Below are positions 1-10,339 of a DNA stretch of 64,000 bases, piece by piece. The notes below the pieces were generated by a model. That model was not told the origin of the DNA and made no database searches. It saw only the letters and a program-made list of their open reading frames with translations. The position numbers were made by a program, and so were the translations under genes. This stretch comes from Candidatus Bathyarchaeota archaeon. Its GTDB lineage: Archaea > Thermoproteota > Bathyarchaeia > Bathyarchaeales > Bathycorpusculaceae. Location: NCBI GenBank assembly GCA_963811105.1, contig CAWEPZ010000011.1, positions 672,001 to 736,000 on the forward strand, given 5' to 3'. The number at the start of each line of letters is the position of its first letter. Within the stretch, counting starts at the first letter, position 1.

Positions 1-212
1 CTTTTATAGAGCTTGGCGAAGCCAGTGATGCTTGGAAGAAGGGTTTACCTGAACAGAAAATCGCCGAAGAACTCATTGATGTAGTCTTTTACATTTTGGA
101 TGCAAGTCGTTTAGCATGTCCAAACATGAATATGGATGAAGTATTCAAAAGAAAACTTGAAAAAAACCTCGACCGCCCATTCCAGTATGGGGAAGGCCAC
201 CGCAGTAAATAG
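1..212 (+). CDS. MazG-like nucleotide pyrophosphohydrolase (3' part; gene begins before the window)
   Basis: Frame from nt 3 reads FIELGEASDAWKKG...IAEELIDVVFYILD...KRKLEKNLDR, stop TAG at 210-212. Shows the ExxE...EExxD MazG pattern. Confidence 0.75.
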   Translation, partial: FIELGEASDAWKKGLPEQKIAEELIDVVFYILDASRLACPNMNMDEVFKRKLEKNLDRPFQYGEGHRSK

Positions 213-283
213 CCTGAAAAAACCCAGAATCACCAATGAAGTTTTTATCTCCCAATATTTAAAATATAGAAGTTGAGTAAAAA

Positions 284-709
284 GTGAATTTCACCTTTCC
301 TGCCAAAATGAGATTCGAGTGTAATAGATGCGGGTTATGCTGTGGTGACACACAAGAAAAAACAAGGCACATTCTTCTATTACAAAAAGAAGCTAAACAA
401 ATAGCTGAGCATGTTCGCATGCAAACGGCTGATTTTTCTTTGGAAATCAATGATAAGTTTCCTTACGGTTGTGAGATGAAAAAGACAAGTGATGGCCAAT
501 GCGTCTTCTTAAAAGAAAATCAATGTACAATTTACTCGTTAAGACCGTTGATCTGCAGATTTTATCCTTTTCAATTGACATTTGACAAAGCTAAGAATTT
601 GCATATTTTTGATTTTACCTTTGAATGCCCGCAGATAAATCAAGGCAAGATTCTGAGTCAAAAAGACTTTGAAAATTTATTTAAGTGGGCGCAAAAACAC
701 TTGACTTAA
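284..709 (+). CDS. YkgJ family cysteine-cluster (CxxCxxCC) protein
   Basis: Motifs FECNRCGLCC, CVFL, CTIYSLRPLICRFYPF. Confidence 0.85.
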   Translation: MNFTFPAKMRFECNRCGLCCGDTQEKTRHILLLQKEAKQIAEHVRMQTADFSLEINDKFPYGCEMKKTSDGQCVFLKENQCTIYSLRPLICRFYPFQLTFDKAKNLHIFDFTFECPQINQGKILSQKDFENLFKWAQKHLT

Positions 710-1170
710 AGCTGCTTAAGAATATCAGTCTGCTCCAGAGTTATGCCGCAATAATGGCACTTCAACAGTAGAGGCTCCTCGTTTTTGATGTAAAACTTTG
801 AAAACACAGGTTCTTCACTATTGCTTACGCAACAAGGATTTATGCATTTAATTATTCCTTCAACTGCTTTAGGTAGCTTAACCTCAAGTTTTTCGACAAC
901 CTTGTAGTTGCGAACAATATTAATTGATGCATGAGGAGCCACCAAAGCTATCCGGTTAACTTCTTGAGAGTTAAGCGCTCTTCCCTCAATCTTCACTATG
1001 TCTTTAACTCCAAAACGTTTGCTTGGAACATTAATTGCAATTGTAATAACTCGTTTTTCTTTTCCTGTAATCCCTAAAATCTTTATGACATCCAATGCGT
1101 ATCCGCCTCTAATGTGGTCGATTACAGTGCCGTCTTTAATTTTTGAAACCCTAAGATCAAGCTCACTCAT
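706..1170 (-). CDS. pyrI: Aspartate carbamoyltransferase regulatory chain
   Basis: LRVSKIKDGTVIDHI, KDIVKIE and the Zn site CINPCC...CHYC. Start moved to MSELD (1170). Confidence 0.95.
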   Translation of the reverse strand: MSELDLRVSKIKDGTVIDHIRGGYALDVIKILGITGKEKRVITIAINVPSKRFGVKDIVKIEGRALNSQEVNRIALVAPHASINIVRNYKVVEKLEVKLPKAVEGIIKCINPCCVSNSEEPVFSKFYIKNEEPLLLKCHYCGITLEQTDILKQL

Positions 1171-1242
1171 AAGAAATTCTTCCAATAGAAGACTATATAT
1201 AAGCAACAAATAAAATTTTACTAAAAACTAAAAACAGTAAAC

Positions 1243-1965
1243 TCATTGACTAGATCTCAAATCTATGACTGTTGTTCCTGCGAACTTGTCAAAGTACCTC
1301 ATAAAAGTGTTGTCTTTAATTCGCCACATTCCAATAAGCAAGTCAAAAGGAAGCAACGGCAATATTTTCCCAAAGTTTCTAATCGCGGCATGATCATAGC
1401 TCATTTTCTTTCCATCTGTTCTAACGACTTTAAGTCCCGTAATTCGTTTGCCTAAACTTTGACCATTAAATCCTTCCAGTAGAGTCGAGTAAAGCCAAAG
1501 TAGCCCTATGGTTACGAAGAGCACTACACTAATTCCTCCGTTGAGAAAAGTCGCCGAGGATAAAGAAAGGGCTTGAGGCACAATAACTATTGTCACGGTA
1601 ATTGCTAAAATTATTCCAAAATCGACTAGGAAAGCAGCTGCCCTCTTTTTGAAGGATGAAAGCGGAAGGTGACTTTGTTTTCTTTGCACATCAGCAACTT
1701 CTGCCCAGCCTTCAATATCGTGAATAACTCTTATGGCGCTCTCTCCAGCCCTGCTAAGTTTGTATTTGCCACTTGGCGTTTGCTCTATGAACGCTTCTAG
1801 CGATCGAAGGTGAAAACTCAACTTTCCAGTGTCAACTTTTAATAAGTTTAATAGGTCAGTGAAAGATGACTCTCCCTTTTCGCTAAGGTTAATTAGTATT
1901 TCTCTTCGCAAGGGATGCGAAAGTATCGAAAGTACTTTCGAAATGTTTTCTTGATCTATAGCCAT
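1243..1965 (-). CDS. ArsR-type winged HTH fused to an RDD membrane domain
   Basis: N-terminal LSHPLRREIL...LSFHLRSL. C-terminal KRAAAFLVD...GQSLGKRITGLKVV...FDKFAGTTV (RDD). Confidence 0.85.
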   Translation of the reverse strand: MAIDQENISKVLSILSHPLRREILINLSEKGESSFTDLLNLLKVDTGKLSFHLRSLEAFIEQTPSGKYKLSRAGESAIRVIHDIEGWAEVADVQRKQSHLPLSSFKKRAAAFLVDFGIILAITVTIVIVPQALSLSSATFLNGGISVVLFVTIGLLWLYSTLLEGFNGQSLGKRITGLKVVRTDGKKMSYDHAAIRNFGKILPLLPFDLLIGMWRIKDNTFMRYFDKFAGTTVIDLRSSQ

Positions 1966-2114
1966 GTTTCAAAACCAAAGATTCTAGTTATAGGAAAGGT
2001 CGGTTTGGCATACAGCCCATAATCATGCATACTCCAATATAAGTCCAACCCAAAAAACTCAATTAAACACTGCAAAAAAACTCTTTAACTATGTAGAGCA
2101 CCTACCTTAGAGAT

Positions 2115-3014
2115 ATGTCAAGCGCTGAATTAGCAGTCAAAGTATTCCGCGAGTTGGAAAGCGAAGACTTTAGAATCCTCAACATTATCGAGGCAGCGAT
2201 GAGCAAACGTGAATTTGTGCCAATAGAACAGATCCAAAAATATGCTAACCTCCCCATGGTTCGTATAGAATTCACGTTGAGTAAATTAAACAAGTTAGGC
2301 TTAATCTACCGAACAAGAGGAGCCTATGTTGGTTACACATTAATCTATGCGGGCTACGATTGCCTAGCAATTAACACCCTGGTCAAAGCAGGAGTAATCG
2401 AATCCTTCGGGCAAAGCTTAGGTGTGGGAAAAGAAGCAGATGTTTACGACGCACTAAGCTCTGAGGGCAAACGGATAGCTATAAAATTTCATAGGCTTGG
2501 AAGAATAAGCTTTAGGCAAACAAGAAGAAAAAGAGGTTACATCCGAGAACACTCCACATGGCTTTTCCAATCACATGTGGCTGCAGAAAAAGAGTTCCAA
2601 GCAATGCAGCTTGTTTACAAAAACGGAGTCGCAGTGCCAGAGCCTATAAGTCACAACAGACATGTGATAGCAATGGGCATGATTGAAGGCGCAGAATTAT
2701 CCAAATACAAAGAAATACCTAAACCAGAAAAAATCGTAAAAGAAATCTTGCGTAACGTAAGGAAGACGTACTTAAAAGCTCATGTTATCCATGCAGACCT
2801 CAGCGAGTATAACATCATCCTGAGGCCAGATGGGCATATCCTCATAATTGATTGGCCACAATACGTTATGGCTGATCATGCGAATGCAGAAGATTTGTTG
2901 GAACGAGACCTAAAAAATATTCTCACTTTTTTCAGTCGAAGATTTAATTTGAAAGTAGATGTTGAGTTAGCTTGTAATTATGTAATTGGAAAAGCCAGAA
3001 GTTTGGCTATTTAA
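2115..3014 (+). CDS. rio2: RIO2-type atypical Ser/Thr kinase
   Basis: N-terminal wHTH, then GVGKEADVY, KFHRLGRISF, IHADLSEYNI, IIDWPQ. Confidence 0.92.
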   Translation: MSSAELAVKVFRELESEDFRILNIIEAAMSKREFVPIEQIQKYANLPMVRIEFTLSKLNKLGLIYRTRGAYVGYTLIYAGYDCLAINTLVKAGVIESFGQSLGVGKEADVYDALSSEGKRIAIKFHRLGRISFRQTRRKRGYIREHSTWLFQSHVAAEKEFQAMQLVYKNGVAVPEPISHNRHVIAMGMIEGAELSKYKEIPKPEKIVKEILRNVRKTYLKAHVIHADLSEYNIILRPDGHILIIDWPQYVMADHANAEDLLERDLKNILTFFSRRFNLKVDVELACNYVIGKARSLAI

Positions 3015-3256
3015 TGCTTGTCAGCGTCTAGCACTATGTACAGAATGTTGTTTCCACGAAGCAGAACGTTTCCGTAGTTTGTCATCAATTGGTCGTCTTT
3101 GAGTTCATTTGCGCCTTCGAGAAGAATATTCATGTGCCCATCGCACTTTATCATTTTTCCCTTGTATTCATAACCGTTTTTGAGCACAACTTCAATGTTT
3201 CCGTGCATTTGTTTTATCAGAACGTTCAACGGTTTTTTACTTGGTTCCATCATCAT
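3011..3256 (-). CDS. Sm-like (Lsm/SmAP) RNA-binding protein
   Basis: Sm1 and Sm2 motifs: VVLKNG.EYKGKMIKCDGHMNILL and LRGNNILYI. Confidence 0.92.
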   Translation of the reverse strand: MMMEPSKKPLNVLIKQMHGNIEVVLKNGYEYKGKMIKCDGHMNILLEGANELKDDQLMTNYGNVLLRGNNILYIVLDADKH

Positions 3257-3444
3257 ATTTACCGTATCCCCGTACAATGTTTGTAATATCCAAGAACCTA
3301 TCACCAAATATAAAAGGCTTATGAAAGACGTGCGGCGTAAAATATAACGCCTTGTTACAGAATAAGAGTGAGGACTTCTTCAGAGCGTAAAAAAAGAAGC
3401 ATTTGTGAATACTGAAAAGAGAGAATGACGTTTTTTCCTGTGTT

Positions 3445-3680
3445 TTAAGTTTTGGCTATTATTGATGTGAGCGCAACTACTAAGAAGGCAATACCAGTCC
3501 AGAAAAGTCGCCGCCAGAAACGAAATATTCGACGGCAGCCACGATGATTACTGGAATCAGAACTAAAAATGACTTTATAAGGACGATTATTACTAAGCCA
3601 ATGATAACCAGAATTATTAGAAAAGTTAAGTCAAATCCAGCAAGACCCAAACTGCTTAAAATAGAGTATATTATCGACAA
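3445..3680 (-). CDS. Small membrane protein with a probable 1-nt frameshift near 3504
   Basis: Hydrophobic ORF 3480-3680. Adding one T to the run at 3503-3506 extends it by a further TM segment (FWTGIAFLVVALTSIIAKT*) to TAA at 3445. Confidence 0.5.
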
Positions 3681-3754
3681 CTACTTGCAGAATTCATAGA
3701 TAAGCCTCAAACCAACTGGGAAGAAAGCAAGTAATGTATTTTTGCTAAAAAAAT

Positions 3755-4267
3755 TTAAGCGTTGTTTTTTGATCTGATTCTTGGAATAACTTCCTTCTGC
3801 GTTTGGACAACACCATAAATGGTTATCCTAAACTTTTCATCGCCCGTCTTCTGCACCATCCCATTCTTAGCCAGCTCACCCAAGCGTGTACTGGTAATCT
3901 TACCGGTTTTCCCAAGTTTCGTTTGTAATTCATCCTTTGAGAGCGAGTCGCTGTCAACGATACCTAGTTTGCTACCCAGAAAGTAGGTTGTTAACCAAAC
4001 TGACAAAGCCTCATTATCCGTTAACTTATTTTTGGGCACCAACAAGTTTGCACCGTCGCTCGAAAAAGCCGCTATTCCACACAAGTCCTTGGCGAGTTGT
4101 TTTAGGTCAATACTTAGCCAAAGCTTCTGGGCAATTTCAAAAGAAGGAATAAAATCCTTAAAAAACTTGTCTATTAGAAACCATGCTTCTTGTGGTTCCC
4201 CAGAAAACTCTTGCTCAACTTCTTTATACTTCATTTGGATTTGGATTCTTTGCGGTTTTTCGCTCAA
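3755..4267 (-). CDS. Hypothetical protein with a C-terminal winged-helix domain
   Basis: LTDNEAL...LSKDELQTKLG...TRLGELAKNGMVQK...FRIT.YG. Paralogous to the adjacent gene, with a 4-nt overlap. Confidence 0.7.
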   Translation of the reverse strand: MSEKPQRIQIQMKYKEVEQEFSGEPQEAWFLIDKFFKDFIPSFEIAQKLWLSIDLKQLAKDLCGIAAFSSDGANLLVPKNKLTDNEALSVWLTTYFLGSKLGIVDSDSLSKDELQTKLGKTGKITSTRLGELAKNGMVQKTGDEKFRITIYGVVQTQKEVIPRIRSKNNA

Positions 4268-4737
4268 CTCATTTTTCCTCTAAGCTTGGAAATGACTTCT
4301 TCCTCGACCCATTTCTCGCCTTGAATTGTAAGCTTGAATTCAGGCTTGTTTGGGTCCGGCTTGAAGATCTGCCCACGCTTGGTCATTTCATTTAACCGTG
4401 CGGGAACCATTGCGTTTATCCCGCTTGAATCTAAGAGTTTGCTAATTTGGGCTGCAGTGCTCTTTCTTTCTTCTGAAGCGTAAAGAATCAATCCAACTGC
4501 CTCATAATGGGTTAGTTTTTCCCGTGTCACTATTACTGGACCTTCGGTTGTGAGTTCAACGATCCCCTTCAATTGTGCTCCCGATTGGGTCAGTTTGTTG
4601 GATACAAAATCGTTTAGTTTTTCAACAAAACCTTCAGGGATAACTCCAAGCATGTCAAGAATTTCTTGCGGATTCTCCCCTTCAATGACGACTTCTCCGA
4701 AAGGAGTTTTTATATGTGCTTCAATGCGCTTCAACAA
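4264..4737 (-). CDS. Hypothetical protein with a C-terminal winged-helix domain
   Basis: LTHYEAVGLILY...TAAQISKLL...ARLNEMTKRGQIFK...FKLTIQG. Confidence 0.7.
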   Translation of the reverse strand: MLKRIEAHIKTPFGEVVIEGENPQEILDMLGVIPEGFVEKLNDFVSNKLTQSGAQLKGIVELTTEGPVIVTREKLTHYEAVGLILYASEERKSTAAQISKLLDSSGINAMVPARLNEMTKRGQIFKPDPNKPEFKLTIQGEKWVEEEVISKLRGKMS

Positions 4738-4815
4738 GTAAGCCTCTTTATCTATAAGCTGCTTTGAGCCTTTTTAGGATTTGCGGCTTAGCATCGTTTT
4801 TTACGAAAAAGAGTG

Positions 4816-6711
4816 CTATTTTAGGCGTTCCCTCAAAAGTTTTGCGACCAATTCAGGGTTAGCTTTTCCCCGAACTTCCTTCATGACGGCGCCCATAAGC
4901 ATGCCGTAAGCATTCTTACTTAGTTTATCAATTGTCTGCTTATTAGATGCAACCACTCGGTCAATAATCGAACCTAAATCTGCTTCCGAAAACATCTTCA
5001 AACCTAACGCATTCACAGCATTCTGGACAGTTTCGCCATTGTTTTTTGAAAGCCAACCGAAGACGGCAGGCAGTGCTTCTTTCGCGAGTTCGCCTGCTCC
5101 GACAACACCAAAGATGTTTTTAATCTGTTCTTCATTGACATTGTCAACCTCGATGCCTTCACGTTTCAACGCTTTCAAAGTTTCAGTTAAGAACACAGCT
5201 ACTGTTGAAGCTTGAACGCCATTTTCCCGCAGGATTTCTTCAAAGAGCATGTTGAATTCTGAGTTGGCAATTTGTTTGGCTAATTTTTCGTTTAAACCGT
5301 ACTGTTTTATCAATCGTGAAACTCTATTTTTTGCGCTCTCAGGAAGGTTACTGCGAATCTTCTCCACTAACTCGTCAGTTATTGGTTGAGGCGGAATATC
5401 GGTTTCAGGATACATTCTCGCTGCTCCCGGTCTTGGGCGCATGTACCGTGTTGTTCCATCATCTTTTGCGGTTCGAGTTTCAGCTGGCACACCTATCATA
5501 GCTTCTTGCGCGCGCTCAACCACAGCTTTTAGGGCGTCCAAAACATTTTCTGATGTATCAGCTACAAAGACAACAGCATCCATTTCAGTCGCATTAACTA
5601 CTTTGCGTACAGCTTCAACTTCCTCGGTTGTAATGTCGTAGTTTGGCATTTCGTCGGTGTGGAAGATCCCGCCGACTCTGCCCCAGAATTTTGCACGGTC
5701 GGATAGTTCTGTTCCAACTCGGAAGTTAGGCATAAGCTCAAACTTCAATAGATTCGCAAACTTGGGCAGTTTAACAGCCATGACTTTTTGGTAGTTATCT
5801 ACTGCTTTTCGGATAACCTTGCATTTTGTTTTCTTGAAAATGTTCGAGACGTCAACAAATTCTTGTTTGATGGCTTCGGGCTTAACGCCTCGATTTGCAA
5901 GCTCATCTTTGACGCTGATTAAGCCGAGTTGTCTTTGAACCTCATATTCTACTACTTTAGAGATTAACTCAAGCTCTTGAACACCTTTTATTTCAATTAA
6001 CGCTCCTTTTGGCAGGGACACATTGAGGTCTTGCCTTATTGTACCCAAACCCCTCATAACTTTACCTGTATCACGCAAAATACTGCCAATGGCGAACGCA
6101 ACTTCCTGTGCTTCCATAGGCGTATAAATTACAGGAGCCGTTGCAACTTCAATCAGCGGTATTCCAAGGCGGTCTATTCGGTAACGGATAGTTTTGCCCT
6201 CATTCTGTGTGCCCGTTTTACGTGCTGCATCCTCTTCAAGGCTTGCGGCTTGCATCGGAATAGTTTTGTCTCCAACCTTAATCCAGCCGTCCAACGCAAT
6301 AATACATGTACGCTGAAAACCAGTGGTATTTGAGCCGTCTATGACAGTCTTACGCATCACGTGAACTTCATCAACCGGCTGCATATTCATCATTAACGAG
6401 GCTGTCAAAACTACTTCCACCGCTTCCATGTTTATGGGGTGCGGTGGCTCCTCATCCATCTCCACAAGACAGGAACTAATTTTGCTGGCTTCATAAAGGA
6501 TTCTTACGCCTTTTTGGAATTCGAAATAAGCCGCTGGGTCAATTTGCCCGAGTTCACTTTGAGTGGGTCGTAGCCTTCTGAGGAAAGTGATTTCTGGCTC
6601 GTCTTTGAAAAGTTGAGGCGGGCAACTACAGAAGAGTTTCGAGTTAACGTTTAGTTGCTGGTGTATTTCTAAGCCAACTTTTAAGCCCACCTTAGCATAG
6701 TCAATTGCCAA
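4816..6711 (-). CDS. gatE: Glu-tRNA(Gln) amidotransferase subunit E
   Basis: KVGLEIHQQL, RRLRPTQSELG, IDGSNTTGFQRT, GLGTIRQD, RPRPGAARMYPETD. Likely TTG start at 6711, just after the gatD stop. Confidence 0.97.
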   Translation of the reverse strand: MAIDYAKVGLKVGLEIHQQLNVNSKLFCSCPPQLFKDEPEITFLRRLRPTQSELGQIDPAAYFEFQKGVRILYEASKISSCLVEMDEEPPHPINMEAVEVVLTASLMMNMQPVDEVHVMRKTVIDGSNTTGFQRTCIIALDGWIKVGDKTIPMQAASLEEDAARKTGTQNEGKTIRYRIDRLGIPLIEVATAPVIYTPMEAQEVAFAIGSILRDTGKVMRGLGTIRQDLNVSLPKGALIEIKGVQELELISKVVEYEVQRQLGLISVKDELANRGVKPEAIKQEFVDVSNIFKKTKCKVIRKAVDNYQKVMAVKLPKFANLLKFELMPNFRVGTELSDRAKFWGRVGGIFHTDEMPNYDITTEEVEAVRKVVNATEMDAVVFVADTSENVLDALKAVVERAQEAMIGVPAETRTAKDDGTTRYMRPRPGAARMYPETDIPPQPITDELVEKIRSNLPESAKNRVSRLIKQYGLNEKLAKQIANSEFNMLFEEILRENGVQASTVAVFLTETLKALKREGIEVDNVNEEQIKNIFGVVGAGELAKEALPAVFGWLSKNNGETVQNAVNALGLKMFSEADLGSIIDRVVASNKQTIDKLSKNAYGMLMGAVMKEVRGKANPELVAKLLRERLK

Positions 6712-6712
6712 C

Positions 6713-8059
6713 TTAGTTTCCTCCTTCAACAATGTTTTCTTGCGGAAGCGTTCTAGGCGATAATTCACCCGCAATGTTCGTTTTCAGCAGCTTTGCGGCT
6801 TCATTGGTGCTATCAGTTTGTCCGATAGACCACATGAGTTTAACAAGGGCGGTTTCGGGGAACATGTCCTCCATCGGAATAACGCCGAAAGACAACAAAT
6901 CTCTGCCCGTATCGTAAACGTTCATGTTTACCCTGCCCCAAATGCACTGAGAAGCCAACGCAACTACAACGCCTTTTGCTATGGCGTTTTTGATGCTGTC
7001 AAAGCAAAATTTGCTAACATGACCTAGACCCGAGCCCTCAAGCAAGATTCCCTTAATGCCTCTGTCAACATACCAATCGATGACGGCTGGGTCAAGCCCG
7101 GGGTAAAATTTGATTAAGGCGACTCTTTCGCTAAAGTTTGGTTTAAGAATAAGTTTTTTTGATGAGTCTCGGTGTTCGTATTGATTAGTCAGCATTGTTA
7201 CTTGTTGGTCTCTTACTTTGGCGATTGGGAAACCGTTGATTGATTTGAATGTGTCTCTCCGGCTTGTGTGGCACTTACGAACTTTAACACCTCTATGAAT
7301 AACAGTGGCAATATCTGATACAGACTCATGCATGGCTAAGCCTACTTCAGCGAACGGTCCTTCCCCAGCGGCTTTTACTGCCCCGATAAGGTTTGTTGCT
7401 GCATCACTGCTCGGTCGGTCACTGGAACGTTGAGCGCCGACAACTATAACTGGAACAGATAGGTTTTGCAGTGCAAAGCTCAGAGCAGCTGAAGTGTAAG
7501 CCATCGTGTCTGTGCCATGGGCAATTACGACGCCGTCTACACCTGATTCTACACGTTTGGCAACGGTTTCAGCTAGCTCTTTCCAATGCTTCTGAGTGAT
7601 ATTTTCACTATATAAGCTAAAAACTATTTCAGTGTCAACTTTAGCAATGTCTGAAAGCTCAGGGACAACGCCGTATAAGTCACTTGCAGAGATTGCTGAG
7701 CGAACAGCTCCCGTACGGTAGTCAACTCGGCTTGCAATTGTTCCACCTGTACTCATTATTACAACATGGGGCAAAGCGGGATTTTGTTTTGGCAAGGGAG
7801 ACGAAGCAAAAGCTGGTTTTGCTCCTTTCCCCGCCTTTTCGATTTTAACCTCTTCTGTTATTCGTATGCCAATGTTGTAGCCGCTTTTCATTTTTACAAT
7901 GACAACAGTGCCTTCGCCTAGTTCTGAACGGGGAATAAGGATGCCCTCGTAGATTTTGCCTTTGCTGTTAATTTGTATAATGTCGCCGACTTCGCATTCA
8001 GCTTTTCTTAAGGCTTCAAGTGCCGAGCCTTTATAACCTGAACTTTCAAGTTGACTCAT
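6713..8059 (-). CDS. gatD: Glu-tRNA(Gln) amidotransferase subunit D
   Basis: KMKSGYNIG N-domain, STGGTIASRVDY, HGTDTM, GAQRSSDRPSSD. Confidence 0.97.
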   Translation of the reverse strand: MSQLESSGYKGSALEALRKAECEVGDIIQINSKGKIYEGILIPRSELGEGTVVIVKMKSGYNIGIRITEEVKIEKAGKGAKPAFASSPLPKQNPALPHVVIMSTGGTIASRVDYRTGAVRSAISASDLYGVVPELSDIAKVDTEIVFSLYSENITQKHWKELAETVAKRVESGVDGVVIAHGTDTMAYTSAALSFALQNLSVPVIVVGAQRSSDRPSSDAATNLIGAVKAAGEGPFAEVGLAMHESVSDIATVIHRGVKVRKCHTSRRDTFKSINGFPIAKVRDQQVTMLTNQYEHRDSSKKLILKPNFSERVALIKFYPGLDPAVIDWYVDRGIKGILLEGSGLGHVSKFCFDSIKNAIAKGVVVALASQCIWGRVNMNVYDTGRDLLSFGVIPMEDMFPETALVKLMWSIGQTDSTNEAAKLLKTNIAGELSPRTLPQENIVEGGN

Positions 8060-9672
8060 TAAGTATTCTCCATTTTCTTAGAGACATAAACACCATCGCG
8101 CTCATACCCGAAACGCATGTAATACCTTCTTGTTCCTAACGCACTTATAACTAAAAGCTTTTTGACACCAAAATCTACGCGTGCTATGCGCTCGGCTTCC
8201 TTAAGCAAATCTGCGCCAAACCCCTTGTGTTGCCACGCTCCCGTCGAGTGCTTTCCCACGGGAACAAGTTGACCGTAAACATGAAGTTCGCGAACAATAG
8301 CGGATGGCATGGCACTGATTTCCGGTCTGTGAGCCTTCTCTGAGGGAATACGCAAGCGCAAATAACCAAGCAGGATATTGTTTTGCCTATCTTCGGCTGA
8401 AATAAATACTTCTTTGCCCTCTGAGGCTTCATAACAGAATGATTCAATTTTGACTTCTTTTAAATCAGGCTTCAAATGGTCAACAACCAACCTGTGCCCA
8501 ACCTCTCTACAACGGATACATTGGCATTTTCCGCCTTGTCCTTTTAGCACCTCGTTAGCAAGCTGGCGGAGATTGCTCTTTTTCACTCCCGCTAATATAA
8601 GCCCTGACGGAATGTCTCTTTGGACCCGCATGACTCTTATCCAGGGTGGAATGAAACTCTTAATTTCAGAGATAAGTGCTGCCGCCTCTTCTGTGGTGTA
8701 AGGTTTGTATGTGCCTCTTTGGTACCACTCATATGTTTTTGTGCCAGCTATACATAGGCAAGGGTAAATTTTTATCATATCGGGCTTGAAGGCTGGATCC
8801 GTGAAAACACGTTTGAATGCTTCAATGTCATTTTGCGGGTTGGAACCTGGCATACCAGGCATTAAATGATAAACAATTTTTAATCCGGCATCTTTCGCAA
8901 TCCTTGTTGCCTCTTGTACATCGAATACAGTGTGGGTTCTGCCCACTAAACGATAAATTTCGTTATTGGGGTTTTGAACGCCAAGTTCAATGCGTGTTAC
9001 ACCCATTTCGAGCATGGTGTCAATGTGGGGTTGTTTTGCCCAGTCAGGTCGCGTTTCAACGGTTATTCCTACGTTGCGCATAATGCTAGTTTCAGCATTT
9101 GCTTTTGCTTGCTCCAAGTTTTCGGAGGTTTTGCCCGTTATTGCGTCTAGGCAACGCTGAATATACCTCGTCTGGTAGCCTAAAGGGGTAGCTGGAAAGG
9201 TTCCTCCCATAATGATAAGCTCAATTTTGTCAACTTTATGCCCAATTGCTGTAAGTTGTTCTATGCGGCTTCTAACTTGGAGGTAGGGGTCAAAATTGTT
9301 TTGGGCCCCACGCATGGCGGCTGGTTCATGCCCAGTGTAACTTTGGGGACTGCCTTGAGTTGGTCCTCCTGGACAATAAGCGCATGGTTCAGGCTGCGGA
9401 CAAGGATAAGGTTTAGTCATGGTTGCGATTACAGTGACGCCAGAAATGGCCCGAGTATTTTTCCTTCGGATAATAGGCAGAAGTCGCTTTGTTTCTTTTT
9501 TGGTTAAAAGGTTGATTAGATCAGCGTTTGATGGAACTTCTTGGAGTGAGTATTTTGCTGCAGTTTTGATTTTTAATCGGTTCAGTCCTTCAGGGGTAGG
9601 ATGCGGCGTTTCCATTAAGATGTTAATGATTTCTCTCAGCGCATTTTCATTAGTCAAGGTTGAATGTACCAA
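8059..9672 (-). CDS. elp3: Elp3 tRNA uridine(34) acetyltransferase (radical SAM + KAT)
   Basis: CPQPEPCAYCPGG, QSYTGHEPA, ETRPD, RVQRDIP, RELHVYG, QHKGFG. Its stop overlaps the gatD start. Confidence 0.95.
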   Translation of the reverse strand: MVHSTLTNENALREIINILMETPHPTPEGLNRLKIKTAAKYSLQEVPSNADLINLLTKKETKRLLPIIRRKNTRAISGVTVIATMTKPYPCPQPEPCAYCPGGPTQGSPQSYTGHEPAAMRGAQNNFDPYLQVRSRIEQLTAIGHKVDKIELIIMGGTFPATPLGYQTRYIQRCLDAITGKTSENLEQAKANAETSIMRNVGITVETRPDWAKQPHIDTMLEMGVTRIELGVQNPNNEIYRLVGRTHTVFDVQEATRIAKDAGLKIVYHLMPGMPGSNPQNDIEAFKRVFTDPAFKPDMIKIYPCLCIAGTKTYEWYQRGTYKPYTTEEAAALISEIKSFIPPWIRVMRVQRDIPSGLILAGVKKSNLRQLANEVLKGQGGKCQCIRCREVGHRLVVDHLKPDLKEVKIESFCYEASEGKEVFISAEDRQNNILLGYLRLRIPSEKAHRPEISAMPSAIVRELHVYGQLVPVGKHSTGAWQHKGFGADLLKEAERIARVDFGVKKLLVISALGTRRYYMRFGYERDGVYVSKKMENT

Positions 9673-9753
9673 AAGAAGGTTTAGCTAAACGATAAATAAA
9701 AACTAAACAACTTTGAAAAGAATTTAAGCTTGAAAAAATGTTCTGCTCGTGGC

Positions 9754-9915
9754 TTACATCCAGTTTTGTCCAGGTTTCCTCTGCAGAATCACTCGTTTCT
9801 CATAGTTACGTCTGCTTCGGTTTTTTGGGCTTGGCGCTGTTTTTGGCGTTCCCTGGATTTTGGGTGTTTGAGAGCGGACTTTTCCAGCTTTTGATAACGA
9901 ACCGTGAGTTGGCAT
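9754..9915 (-). CDS. rps30e: 30S ribosomal protein S30e (not in ORF track)
   Basis: Manual translation [53 protein letters not shown] contains the eS30 signature HGSLxKAGKVRxQTPK. Confidence 0.95.
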   Translation of the reverse strand: MPTHGSLSKAGKVRSQTPKIQGTPKTAPSPKNRSRRNYEKRVILQRKPGQNWM

Positions 9916-10339
9916 TTAATGCACCTTTCACATAAAGCATGATTGTTACACTTAAATCTTTACCCATCTAGGCTACGTTTACCACTTAGAAAGCTGAATC
10001 GAAAACCTGTTTCGTTTTGGTTCTTATCTAAAAACTTTCGCATCTATTTTCTTTATTACTCAATTCTGAGTAATTTCAGGGGGGAACAATCTATAGAATA
10101 ATCTTTAGATTCAACCGATTTTGGTCAGAGCTCTCTTTTTGCGGCTTATTGATTGGAAGACCTTGCGGTGTTTTTACTCATTTCTTGCAGAGAAGCATCA
10201 AGGATTTCGGTGGAGTGAAAAGACCGGGGAGTTTCATACCTTTGGGACGAGTTTATCTCTTGATCTTTTTCTCTAGATCAACTAACTTGATGGAGTAGTA
10301 ATCTAAAAAGACAATTTTGGTATTTCAAGTTGAAACAAT

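Noticed and set aside
3365-3416. Possible C/D box sRNA (GTGAGGA...CAGA...CTGA) upstream of the Lsm gene
   Set aside because: The C box is imperfect, the first guide would be only ~5-6 nt, and there is no clear C' box.
9738-9935. 65-aa + strand ORF
   Set aside because: Antisense shadow of rps30e.
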